From contig OZ193909.1 in NCBI GenBank assembly GCA_964276515.1, positions 20,088,001-20,152,000 of the forward strand: a DNA stretch of 64,000 nt. Direction: 5' to 3'. The stretch's first letter is position 1. Every line of letters begins with the position of its first letter. Origin of the DNA: Gordius albopunctatus (lineage: Eukaryota). Positions 39,426 through 51,110 of this stretch are shown here, piece by piece. Position numbers and translations under genes: made by a program. The notes under the pieces are model-generated. The model was given only the letters and a program-made list of their open reading frames with translations, was not told the origin of the DNA and did not search any database.

Positions 39426-39949
39426 CCCCCTCCCAATAAGCACAAGAATGTTGGTTATACTCTTATATTTTCCCTAATGGGCCCCTGGCTATAATTGTTT
39501 TGATCATTTAATAAAATTATGTGTAAGCCATAAGATATCAGGGGGGAAATATTACGCAACAAAATTTTATAAAAAAATAACGGTGTCGGGCACCTAAAAA
39601 GATTTCGGCAATTAGGAAATATTTAAAACCTTTCAACTAATTTGTTTTTGTGTAATGATGATATATTTTCAAAGAATCTTTTTTTAAATAATATCTACAA
39701 TTAATTTATCAGAAATGAAGGAAAGATAATTGAGCTATTCAAATAAAAAAATTTTTAATATGCTTATTTTGATTATAGATCGTGTTGAGAAATATTTTCA
39801 TAATAATCTATGTTCCATTAGTGGCACAACTCAGTCTAGATTACGAAATAATATACTAGTGGAGGGTATGCACCATACCCACACAATAGGTCCTCAAGAG
39901 AAAGGGAAACTAGCATTTATGGTAGGGGCACTTATTTAATCACAAGTTA

Positions 39950-40295
39950 TAACTAGGCTCCAAATTTCTATTATCTTTGAGGTCCTAAAACAATGTCAAA
40001 CCAACAAAGTGTAACAGTACGGGTGGGGATGAGAGGAGGGCGTTACTTTACTATTTCTACCCTGTCACACTCCTAGGTCTCTTCCTCTCCCTCGCCTCAC
40101 GTTCCGCCCTTTGGGCAGCCAAGATGGCGTTGCGTTTTTGTTCCAAAATGGCGGCGCCTCGATCGAAATTCTCCTTCCGCCGATCTTCGCATGTCGCTAA
40201 GCAAGGCGCGTTGCCATGGCACCAAAAGGTGTCGAAATAAGAGATACACATGTGTATTTGTCTGGGTAAAGATAAAACAAGGGGTTATTAAAAGC
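39950..40295 (-). pseudogene. Orphan duplicated intersectin exon (40047-40196) with flanking intron sequence
   Basis: Colinear with ~27138-27500. Encodes [33 protein letters not shown], then a 1-nt deletion and a GAG>TAG change. Confidence 0.9.
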
Positions 40296-42389
40296 AAACT
40301 AGAAAATATAATAAAAATTTTAATTTCAACAGATGGTTGAAAATTGCTAAGGCATTTTTTTACCCCCCTGTATGCTAATAGCTCTTGTTATATATATAAA
40401 TAAAATACACTATTTTACATAGCACCCATTTTCAAGAATATAAATCTGACATAATTAGTTATATTAATGTAGTTTCCGTTTTTTATATGTTTTTTCAAAA
40501 ATAATATCTATCAAAAATTTTTAAAACCTCTTTATAGTAATCCCGCTTTTTTTAAATGCTAGGTTATAATTTCAAGGGTAAAAGCGACATGTATTTTGGG
40601 ACATATATTTTCTATTATTTGTTACAGATCTTTATATTTGCAGCTAATTGCAGTTCTTCTATTCATACGTTCTCAAAATTGACGAGATCATGTTCAAGCA
40701 ACTTTAAGCGCTCCTGCACAACTAACGAAATGCACATGTGGCGAAATATATAAAATTAGGCAACAAATAATCTAAATTTGTGCCAAATTTACTTTAAGAG
40801 CTCCTTAAAAAATATATACATGTATAAATAGCAGGACGGACGGACAAGATGAACGGATGATCAAAAGTGAGCATACACCTTGAATAGCATTTAATAAGCA
40901 TTCAGGAGTCAAGTTTCGTATTGCTCCAGAATCAACTTAATGTTTGCCTCTAGATTTTTAATCGAATTTATTTGATATTGGACAGGGATTGGAAATTAAA
41001 TATATATTGGATTCGATTATCGGGAAATACTAAACGAATTCGATTTTAACAAATTTAGAGATTTAAATTCATTTCAAAAAATATCGTAAGTTGTTTTAAT
41101 TAAGAAAAAAACCCGTTTATTAAAATGAGTTTAAGCATTTTTTTGAACTATATGTTTATAAAGTTTAAAATAAATCTACAGCAAAAAAATGCTTTTGAGT
41201 TTTCATCTTTTTTTAAACTAATTTTAAGGGCATGATTCTAAAAGATAAAATATTCACAGACTTTTAAATCTTTATTATCAAATTAGTGTAAAAAATTGTT
41301 TTTCGAAAATTTAAAGTCACCATAATTCCACCGAAATTCTTTAATATATTTATAAAAGGATGCCAAAATGAGAATTATTTGTACAATCAATATTTATGAC
41401 ACTCAAATTTAAATGTATATGTAGGCATAACTATTTAGTAACTCACTGAAAATACAAGCAACCAAGAAGAAATTTGAAGCACAAAGATAATTTTATTAAA
41501 GACCTAATTTCTAATATTTGTTCAACTGGTGCATTTATTATTTCGCTAATTAATATAGTTGCATATGTTGAGTGAAGAGTCCATGAATAAGGTGACTATT
41601 AGGCTAACCAGTTGTGGAGACTTGATGAATAGGGGTCAATAGTAGCACAGCATGGTGGAAAAAAGTAGCACAAAAAGGCGAAAATTAAAGAAGTATATAG
41701 TTAAAGATAGATGAATCAGCCATTTTAAAGACCATTACAAAATCAATGGGGGAGTGATATTTATATTTAAATGTTAACACCTAATTATTTATATACTTTT
41801 AAAATTAGAATTGAATTTTATTGTATGCATATCATTGATGTATATGGACAGCATAAACAATGAAAACTTTAGAAAACATTAGGATAATCAAAAGACATAA
41901 TTTCATAGACATTATCTTACTTTTACTCAATATAAAAAACTAATATCGCGTTTTGATGAATTCTGGTAAATTTTGATGAAATGTGACGAAATTCGTCGCT
42001 ATTTCTGTGCTACTTTCACCGCTTCCCGATTTGATGACGATATTACTATTGTAGCGAATAGACAAACGAAATCGAAGGAATTTGTAGGCAGACTAAGCCC
42101 TAGTGTGTTGATGTACATAAAACACACTTTGTAAAAAACTGAAGTTTCAAAAGCTTAATAGCAGCCTGACCAAATGTCCCTTAGCACGAGGCTGTAGGGA
42201 AACAAATTAGAGTTACCTTGGAAGAGATTTGGTTGTAATACGTAGAAGGTAAAAATAGAAAGAATACACACACAGAATCAACTTTCATTTGAATGTTATC
42301 GTTATCTATTGCTATATAAACTCACCCTTTTATAAGTTTCGTATCATTGTTCTTTTCATCATGTAATAAATTATATTCCTCCCCTCTCA

Positions 42390-42720
42390 CTAAAAGGCAA
42401 CGATAGAGGTAAAGATATTAGAGGGTAGGAGAGCCTGGTATTTTACCGTTTTGCGGTGTTCAGCGAGGGTCAGAGCGTTGTAGTTCTGGTTAGAGGGGGC
42501 GAAAATTCCTATGCAGGTGAAATCCCATTTAAGGGATACACCATTTTGCCAAGGGATCAGGGTAGAGCCGTCTGGTCGCATCTTTCCTTTCAACGAAGGG
42601 TCTGACGGCTCTAAGACGGAGGGAATGTTGGCTTTTTTAAGAGCGGCTTGGATAAGGCTATTCACCTTTTCGAGCCTTGTGTATTTAATTTTATTGTAAA
42701 GGTAGTGTAGGTGGTTCCTT
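42390..42720 (-). mobile_element. CRE-clade non-LTR fragment (REL domain)
   Basis: Encodes VNSLIQAALKKANIPSVLEP...RPDGSTLIPWQNG..LKWDFTC..FAPSN...AEHRKTVKY. Confidence 0.85.
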
Positions 42721-44075
42721 GCATAAATGTCTATCTTTAGATGGGGCAAATACGTCTGTACGTGTATAATCTCAAGCTAAACTTAATCCATTTTCCCAAA
42801 CAGTTATGGTTTGACCATCCGGTCTATTGTTTAACTCCATAGAGGCGTATAAATAATATATAGCTTACCTTGGAAAATTAGTGTCACAAATATGAGGCAT
42901 TAAATGATTAAGATGATATCAAGTTTGATTTTACATCTTTTGCATCCAGTTGCGTCCGTAAATATCAATTTTTTGTTTACTTTCAACTTGGTGCTTGAAA
43001 TAAACCTTTTATATCAATAATAATAATTCAAGCATGAGATTGAAAAAGTTTGAAATTTTTACAAACTAACCATCTTATTTTTGCATTCATTAACACCCCT
43101 CCCTATAAAACGAGCTCATAGAAAACGAAAATGGATCAATGCCAGCCAAAAGTTATAAAGCGTTAATGGTTTTAACCCAAATATTCGTCGATGATAGCTT
43201 ATGACTAATTGCATTTTTGGATTACCAATTCGTCCAAAAGTTTTCACAAGCATAAAAATAAAGGGTTATGGATAAAAACAAGGCCATTAATATTTAAAGT
43301 CAATTAGTTTTCATCATTCGAAAAATATATCCAAATGCTTCGCTGCAACTCCTTTATTCTTTCGGGCCTTACTATAGGTATAGTTGGTGTAATATTAATT
43401 CATATATAAGTAACATTCAATTTTTAATTCCTATGCAATTTATGGGCTCGCTTTTCCTTGTCCCTCTAATTGCTGGTTCGAATCCCGGAGAGGGCAATTT
43501 TTTTTAAATTAATATATTGTTCTTGTTATTGTATATATTGTTTTATCCGCGCCCTAACACTACTCACTCACATTTGCAATACGTCTCAACTCGGCTAAAC
43601 CATAATACTTTCAGAGACTACATAGACTGCTCATGTCAAATATTTTATATCCACCATTTTGAATTAAGCTATCTCCCATGTCTTTCTGCAGTGTACCAAA
43701 TGTTGAAACAGAAAAAAATAAAAACGAGTTTTAATAAATAATTATTTAATAAATTGCAGATGGCATTAAAATGCTTTAAAATCACATCATCACTGTATTT
43801 TTATTAATTGTGTATATGACATATATTTTAAAATGATGTTTTTAATGTTTATCTATACCTAGTTCAAAATTTTTTTGTTGCGTTTGAAAACACTTTAATT
43901 AACCAAAATTACAATAATTTATATAGCCTTTTCTTATCTGTGCACGTTTAAATATGGCGGATAAAACGGTACACTCATTTAACGTTGATGGGTAGTCCAT
44001 CTAGTCTATGAATACTTTAAGGAAATATTATAATAAAAATTTATGATAGGGTTTTCAAGTTTATTTTCCATTAAA

Positions 44076-46515
44076 TAATTAACTCGGGCCTTCGGCCCTC
44101 GTGGGAAGGGGAGGAGTGGAGGGAAGGGGGAACTCATCTACACTCCGTATAAATGTATCATATTTGCTATGCAATTTATGGAAATACATACGTGAATATT
44201 GCAAAACGAAGGTTGGAAGCACTAAATAAGTGTATATGCCAAATATCATAAAGGGGGAGAGAGGGAGCGAAGGGGAAGCTTTATGGTTAGTTAAATTCTA
44301 CGGGAAACAGTTGTATTAATTTATATTTAGGTAGACAAATTTTTACTTGTCTATTTTTAAAGACTATTTTTAATATAGGAAGAAAATTTGGAGGGAAATA
44401 AGTAATAATTTTTTCACAAAATAAATTCAAAAAAAATGGAAATCCTAAATTTTTTAAAAGTGCCCGGGGTTAGTCATACCCCATAAATTAACTCTGACGT
44501 TTTCACTTTTTTTAGTGTAGGCTAACTCATATCAATAAAAAGATTGTTTCTTTATAAAAAATGTAGAAAATGCAAATGTAATATGATTATTTTTTCTTTT
44601 TATCATGCCATTTGTAAAACACAATGAAAAATGGCTAGCAATAGCCCCTGTCCGACTAGCCCCGACCCCTATTTTAATAAACAATTAATAATGTAGATAA
44701 ATGAAAGACAAAACCTAATTTTATGCAAGAACACAAAAAAACAAAATATAGTAATCTTTAAAATAAATAATTCAATGTGTAAAAATGTATATGAAAGAAT
44801 ATTAATGTTGAAAACCTAAACACTAGCACATGCAAAAAACAATCATGAACAAAATATCACATTTGAGAATAAATAAAAATATTACATTAGTTTTTATGGC
44901 CTCTAGTGATTATGGGTCTAACAAACATTATATTATAAAACACCGCAATGTTAAGAATCTGCAGAATTGTTGGGAGAAATTTTTTGTTGAATTTGAACAA
45001 TTTTTAATTAAAAAAATCAAAAATTTGGCCAATGGTCATTTCTTCTGCATTGGTCAGTACCAACAGATACTCTATAAGTCACTGATAGCCAAAAAAAACG
45101 GGAAAAAAATTTTGATGCTCACTTTGGCCAATGGTCATTTTTTCCCATTGGTCAGCAGCCAGCACACGGTAAAAGTGGATATAAATTCATAAGAGTAAAA
45201 AAAAACGAAAAAAAAATTTTCGAATCACATTTTGGCCAAAGGTCATTTTTTTCCATTGGTCAGCAGCCAGGACACGGTAAAAGTGGATATAAATTCATAA
45301 TAGTCAAAAAAAACGAAAAAAAAGTTTTCGAATCACATTTTGGCCAATGGTTATTTTATTCCATTGGTCAGCAGCCAGCGGACGGCCAAAAAGTCATAAT
45401 AGCAATGGTAGGAACAGGAACAATCATAATAGTCAAAAAAAACGGAAAAAATAATTTCGATTCACATTTTGGCCAATGGTCATTTTTTTCCATTGGTCAG
45501 CAGCCAGGACACGGTAAAAGTGGATATAAATTCATAACAGTCAAAAAAAAACGAAAAAAAAATTTTCGAATCACATTTTGGCCAATGGTCATTTTATTCC
45601 ATTGTTTAGCAGCCAGCGGACGGCCAAAAAGTCCTAATAGCAATGGTAGGAACAGGAACAATCATAATATTCAAAAAAAACGAAAAAATAAACTCGGATA
45701 CACATTTTGGCCAATGGTCATTTTTTTCATTGGTCAGCAGCCAGCGGACGGCCAAAAAGTCTTATTATCATTGATAGTAACAAGAACAATCATAAGAGTC
45801 AAAAAAAACTCCGGGATTCTAACCCAAAAACTAGATAAATTGCATAGCAATTATTAAAAAGTATAGGGTAATTATCAATGTTAACCTATTCAAAAACGAA
45901 CAAAAAATTTCGATTTATTTGGCCAATGGTAATTTTTTTCAATTATCAATGTTAACTTATTCAAAAAGGAAAAACGAAAAATTAGGATTTATTTGGCCAA
46001 TGTTCATTTTTTCATTGGTCAGTAGCCAGCGGACGGTCAAAAAGTCATATTATCAATGGTATTAACAAGAACAAAATATTAAATTAATTAAAAAAATAAA
46101 AATTTTGCCCCCTCCGGGATTCGAACCCACATTAAATAGATGCATAAGCCTTTGGGGGGGGGGGGGGGGAACAGGGAACCATATAAATAGAGCCATAGGC
46201 CCTTGTAGGGGAGGGCATAGGGTAATTATCAATGTTAAACTATTCAAAAACGAAAAATTAAAAATTTTGATTTATCTGGCCAGTGGTCATTTTTTCATTG
46301 GTCAGTAGCCTGCGGACGGTCAAAAAGTCATATTATCAATGGTATTAACAAGAACAAAATATTAATTTAATTTAAAAAAAAAAAAATTTGTCCTCTCCGG
46401 GTCTCGAACCCGCAACCTCCAGGTCGGGAAGCTGGTGTAAATAACTTGGTGGACGACGGACGGACGGACGGACGGACAACCAAAAACGAGCCCATAAATT
46501 GCATAGCAATTAATA
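44076..46515 (-). mobile_element. DINE-1/Helentron-like non-autonomous element (HINE) with a central tandem array
   Basis: Perfect 18-bp inverted repeat TTGCTATGCAATTTATGG (44164-44181 and 46492-46509). A (GTCC)n microsatellite at 46451-46477 lies next to the 5' copy, and a GGGCCGAAGGCCC stem-loop at 44086-44098 lies beyond the 3' copy. Confidence 0.7.
45020..46380. repeat. Tandem array of 108/129-bp units
   Basis: Anchor GGCCAATGGTCATTT (or a close variant) recurs at 45027, 45126, 45234, 45342, 45471, 45580, 45709, 45921, 45995 and 46278. Confidence 0.9.
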
Positions 46516-46694
46516 ATTTTCATTTATAATAATATTTTCAAATAAATTAAAATTGGATTTTAAATATATCCTCGCTTTGAATTCCGAGTTTTTATTAGAA
46601 TCATTCGGTACCCTATCAACTCGCCGAAAACCATCTTGGCGAATTCACTCTTGGACATTAACGACCATCTTTTTGATTACCAGAAAGAAAGCCC

Positions 46695-47412
46695 TAAATA
46701 TTGTGCCTATTATAATAATTATAAATTTGATTTAAAAAGTCTAAATTTTAACTTTCACTGGGGGGAAGTTTTAGATTGGGAGAAATAAAAGGGTATACAA
46801 AAAATTACATACACGACTAAAAAAAATATAGAAACGCGCTATAACTAAACGGATGGCATTGATCCGTGTATGGATATCGTGTTGGATTTAACGATTTCTA
46901 CTGTGATCCTTTGCCTGATAAAAAAGTACTCTTTCAAATCTAAGGTGACGCTGGAGATCGCTTTTCCTATTTGTTTCAGGAGAGCGAGAGCTTCAACGCC
47001 TAAATTTCCAATTGTGGCTGCCACCAGAGGTCAGATTTGTTAGAATTTTTCTGCCCGAACCCTGTCCGGCTTGATTTTATCATTAATCTGCCCACCCGAA
47101 TTCTATGTGTCCGCCTGGCAATGCCCGAATTATCCTAGCTGCCCGGCCCGAAATGGTGTTTTTAAAATTGTTAGCACTAATATCGTTATATTTTTTAAAA
47201 ATTTTTCTTAATTTTTTTATATTTTTTTAAATTTTTTTTTAATGAGAACTAGAATGAACAGACATCATGAAATCAATTTTAAAAATGGCAATATATACAC
47301 AAAAACAATATAATACATTATTTTAAAAAGAAAATTGAGCCCGCATTGCCCGAATCTTGTTATGGTGCCAGCCCGGGCCCGCCCAAAATTTAAAATTTAG
47401 GACAGTTGCCCG
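46695..47412. repeat. ~710-bp direct duplication, copy 1 (CRE 3' end on the minus strand plus an inserted hAT MITE)
   Basis: Near-identical to 56281-57001. The minus strand encodes VAATIGNLGVEALALLKQIGKAISSVTLDLKEYFFIRQRITVEIVKSN...*. Confidence 0.92.
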
Positions 47413-48527
47413 GCACGTGAGCCGGGCGGGCAGGTTCGGGCAGCGGGCCGTGCAAATCTAGTCTCTGGTTGCCACTACGGAAATTGAATAATTAATATGG
47501 ATTTTTGTTGGGGACATTTTAATCCTGGGATATGCAATTCGCTGAGATGGTTTAGCAAGTTGACCAGCAAAGTTTTCGTTTAAATTAAAAAAAACCGGTT
47601 GCATATTTACAACTTTATTAAAGATTTAAAAAAGTCAATAATAACCCCATTTAGGAGTGTCGCAATTAACTTTAATGTGTATCCTAGTTAGCGCCATCTA
47701 GAGGCAACTTTATTTATAGACTAATTTGACTATATATATCCCTATCTTTTTTAGCATGTGACCCAGATATAACGTTTTCGCTCTTATTAGATCCTATCAG
47801 TATGCCATAGTTATTTCTAGTCACATTCTAAGCGAGATAGGTAAATATGCAAGGCTTTCTTATGGTATTTATGGAATAACACTCATTATTGGGGTATAAT
47901 TATTTTGTTTGGTAAAAAAGATAGAGATCTAGTCAAAAGTCTCTAATTAAAATTGCCTTTAGATAGCGTTAATTAAAGTACACCTTAATGTAAATTACGG
48001 CATGGGTTATTATTATCTTCTTCAAATTATCAATAAATCGCAATTTATTAATTAATTTGAAATATTTATTGAAGATTTTAGACATAATAAAATTAAAAAT
48101 TCACATTGAACAATAATTTACAGATCTCTCGGAATTATTGATAGATACTATATTATTTTTTAATAGAGTTTTTCAAGATATGTTTTGAGATTTAAAATTA
48201 GCCAACCTTTAAATGACTATCCCCAAACACATTAGAGTTTAGAGCAATGGTTTTTAGATGCGACCTTGTCCCTCTTAAGTTAATTTCTTTTTAAAACTGG
48301 ATTCGATTCGATTATATATATATTTTTTTAATTTTTTAAATACTTAAAAAAATAAAGTTAGCATATATGTGTCAGTTTTTAAAATGTCCATTATTATTTA
48401 TTTTACTTTTAACGCCGCTTTTTTATTTTTTAAATAAATGAAGGTATCTTTAATATAAACTATCGAGGACTAAAAATAATTTGCTGGCTATTATTATTTA
48501 GTATTTACCTATATTTGTTCTAATTAG

Positions 48528-49825
48528 TATTAGCATCCTTAACCGTGTGGGCATTCCTTAACACTGTCTTAAAATGCCACATCCTTTCTGCAGTGAGGGA
48601 TAAATATGAACAATACTTCAAATTCAAAAATAACTATACGTACATCGAACCTAAATTATGTAGTAATCATTGCAAAAATATGAAGCTATTCAATCACACT
48701 TTCCATTACATCCATAATCCTTATGGAGCATGTGAAGGATTTAGCTATTCCCAAGATACTCCCGAACAATTGAGACTATATTTTAAAACTAAAACGTATG
48801 ACTACGTAACGCGCGGAAACCCCAAAATTTATAATATGGTCATAGGAGTTCTAACATCTCCAGATAACCATGCTTTGCGGAATGAATTAAGGAAAACATG
48901 GATGTCTACCATTTCAGCACATTTTCCCTCTTACATTCCAAACGTTTATTCTTACCATTCTTCAAATGCTAACATCAACTTTAATTACCTAACGACCTAC
49001 GACGCGCTCCACAACGAAACAATCATCATCAAATTCAAATGCATTTTTTTGTTAGGTCTTTACAAGGCACGGAAATCATTAGATGGAGCTGAGACTCTAG
49101 GTGATGTGAGAAAAATGAAAAAAATACAGGACAGGATAGATCAAGAGTCTGCCACTTTTGCGGACATTTTACAAGTAGATTATGTAGAAGATTATCGCAA
49201 CTTAACTTATAAAACGGGATCCTTTCTGCATTGGTGTAGCTGTTTTTGTAATCGGGTAGATTGGTTGCTCAAAATGGATTACGACGTATTCCCTAGGTTT
49301 GATGTGTTGTTTAAATCTTTAAACGGCATCCTAATTGACGGTCCAAGAATTGCCGAAACGGCCTCATATGATAACGATGACGGCCTTAAATATGAGAATG
49401 GTTTAAATGGAAAAGCTATTGCCGCTTATAGATCGCAAGTGAAAGATCTTCTCAATATAAAGTCCCAATTTTATTGCGAAATGAGACCTGACCTTGAAGT
49501 GGAGAGGAATAGCAATTCAAAATATTACCTGAGCTGGTCTGAATATAGTCCAAAATACTTCCCGCCTTTTTGCATGGGTATGGCTTATTTAATGAGCCCT
49601 ACCTTGGCTGGTATATTGTACAGGGCTCATTGGGATTGCTTCAACAGTTACCATAGAAATGAGGATACCTTTTGGACAGGTATAGTGGCGGAATGTCTAT
49701 CGATACGACACACAAATATTGGTAACCTTTACACATATAGATACGAAGATTCTAAACTGCCCTACGCCTTCGTCCTTTCGCCTAATGATCGAACCCTTAA
49801 AGAATGGTTCTTCTTGTATACCTAG
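48528..49825 (+). CDS. GT31 family beta-1,3-galactosyltransferase-like paralogue 2 (start unresolved)
   Basis: ORF of at least 426 aa with IGVLT, RNELRKTW, FLLG, DYVEDYRNLTYKT, LLKMDYD, FPPFCMG and HRNEDTFWTG, colinear with 6859-8361. An in-frame TAA lies at 48521; a probable acceptor TAATTAG ends at 48527. Confidence 0.85.
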
Positions 49826-50382
49826 TCTAAATTAGTTCGTAACTATCTTGAGTAGCTCTTTGCCATGTTATATTTTAACTTGCAATGCATCGTGTTAAAT
49901 TATGTTAATGCATGAATTACATGTTATGATAGATAGCTTAATAATATGTTGAGTGAAGTGTTTTAGCCAATATTTGATTATGGCTGGTGTGGCTCATTTT
50001 TTTCTAAAAATTCTAATGTTTTTAAAAATAGATGGGTTAAAGGTCAATTAAACTTATTAAACCTGTTTTCGTGTGTTTATTTTCTTAAGGAGGGTTGTAA
50101 AAACAAATTATAATACTTCGTCAAAACATAGTTTAAGAGGATAAAAATATTCTAAAATTTTTTATACCTTGTATCACTAAGGGTTTACACAAAAGGACTA
50201 TTCATTATACATTTATTATGCAGTACATACGAATAATAAGAAATAGAAAGGTAGAGTTGAAATCAATTTACTAGGATTCGGGATTAGGTAGTCTAAGAAA
50301 TTTGTTACAATGTAATAAATAAACTAGAAATACCCTTATTATTCTATCACATCAGAAAGAAATTAAATTATAATCGTACTTA

Positions 50383-51110
50383 TGTAACAGACTAATTAAG
50401 CCCCTTATGTTATGAGAGCTCATATATATTAATAGACTAAATTGTTTATAAATAATCCTGATTTGCCTAACCCTTAGACCGATGATATTTAATATTTTTA
50501 GTTAATAAAAACAAATCAAAATTATAAGTGCGATACAATTTGGAGATAAACGAGTAAAACGCGAAGTGACGAGAGATTGGACAAATGCGCCGATCTAAAC
50601 CGTTTAGTGGAATTCGTCCGGATGTAGTGTGTAGACACATTTATATCGAGATTATTTAGATTCTGGAATGTTCTAGGTGTTAAAAAATAGGAAACGTTGG
50701 AAGATTCTGGAAAGTTCATAAACAGCTGTTGTTTGCCGATTGGTTACTTAATGCCGCAATCGCTTAAACACTACAATACTCCCCTTCCAGATATATTTAG
50801 CGTAACAAAATTTAACGATAAAAATTGTCTAAAAACTTATGTGATGTATTCACGGAGGTTCTTCGGCCAATGAAATTTTCTGCCTTTTCTATATACCTTG
50901 GCTGGTTCTCTCGCCTCTTAAGTCATTGCTTGAGCTTGAGTTTCGTCGAAGGTCTGAAGGTATGTTTTCTTTTTACTTAAATGATAGGGTTGTACATCAA
51001 TACACATTGCTTGGTTTATACCGCTCACAAGTTCTTGTCCATCAAACGATGTTTTTGTTAATTGACGGCCAGACTACTCGATTTGTTATTAAATAGAGCG
51101 ACGCACTCAC
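50383..51110 (-). mobile_element. Ty3/gypsy remnant: integrase fragments, polypurine tract and 3' LTR (50383-50775)
   Basis: Minus strand reads LITNRVVWPSINKNIV*WTRTC and WPKNLREYIT*, then GAAGGGGAGTAT followed by TGTAG...TTACA. Confidence 0.7.

Noticed and set aside
44830..45857. ORFs of 120 and 150 aa
   Set aside because: These are translations of the tandem repeat, with no recognisable domain.
45020..46380. CRISPR-like array (palindromic repeat at regular spacing)
   Set aside because: The intervening sequences are homologous to each other, units exceed 100 bp, no cas genes are present and the context is eukaryotic.
46375..46445. Functional tRNA gene
   Set aside because: Only the 3' half resembles tRNA. 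There is no D-arm, A-box or full acceptor stem, and it lies inside a repeat.
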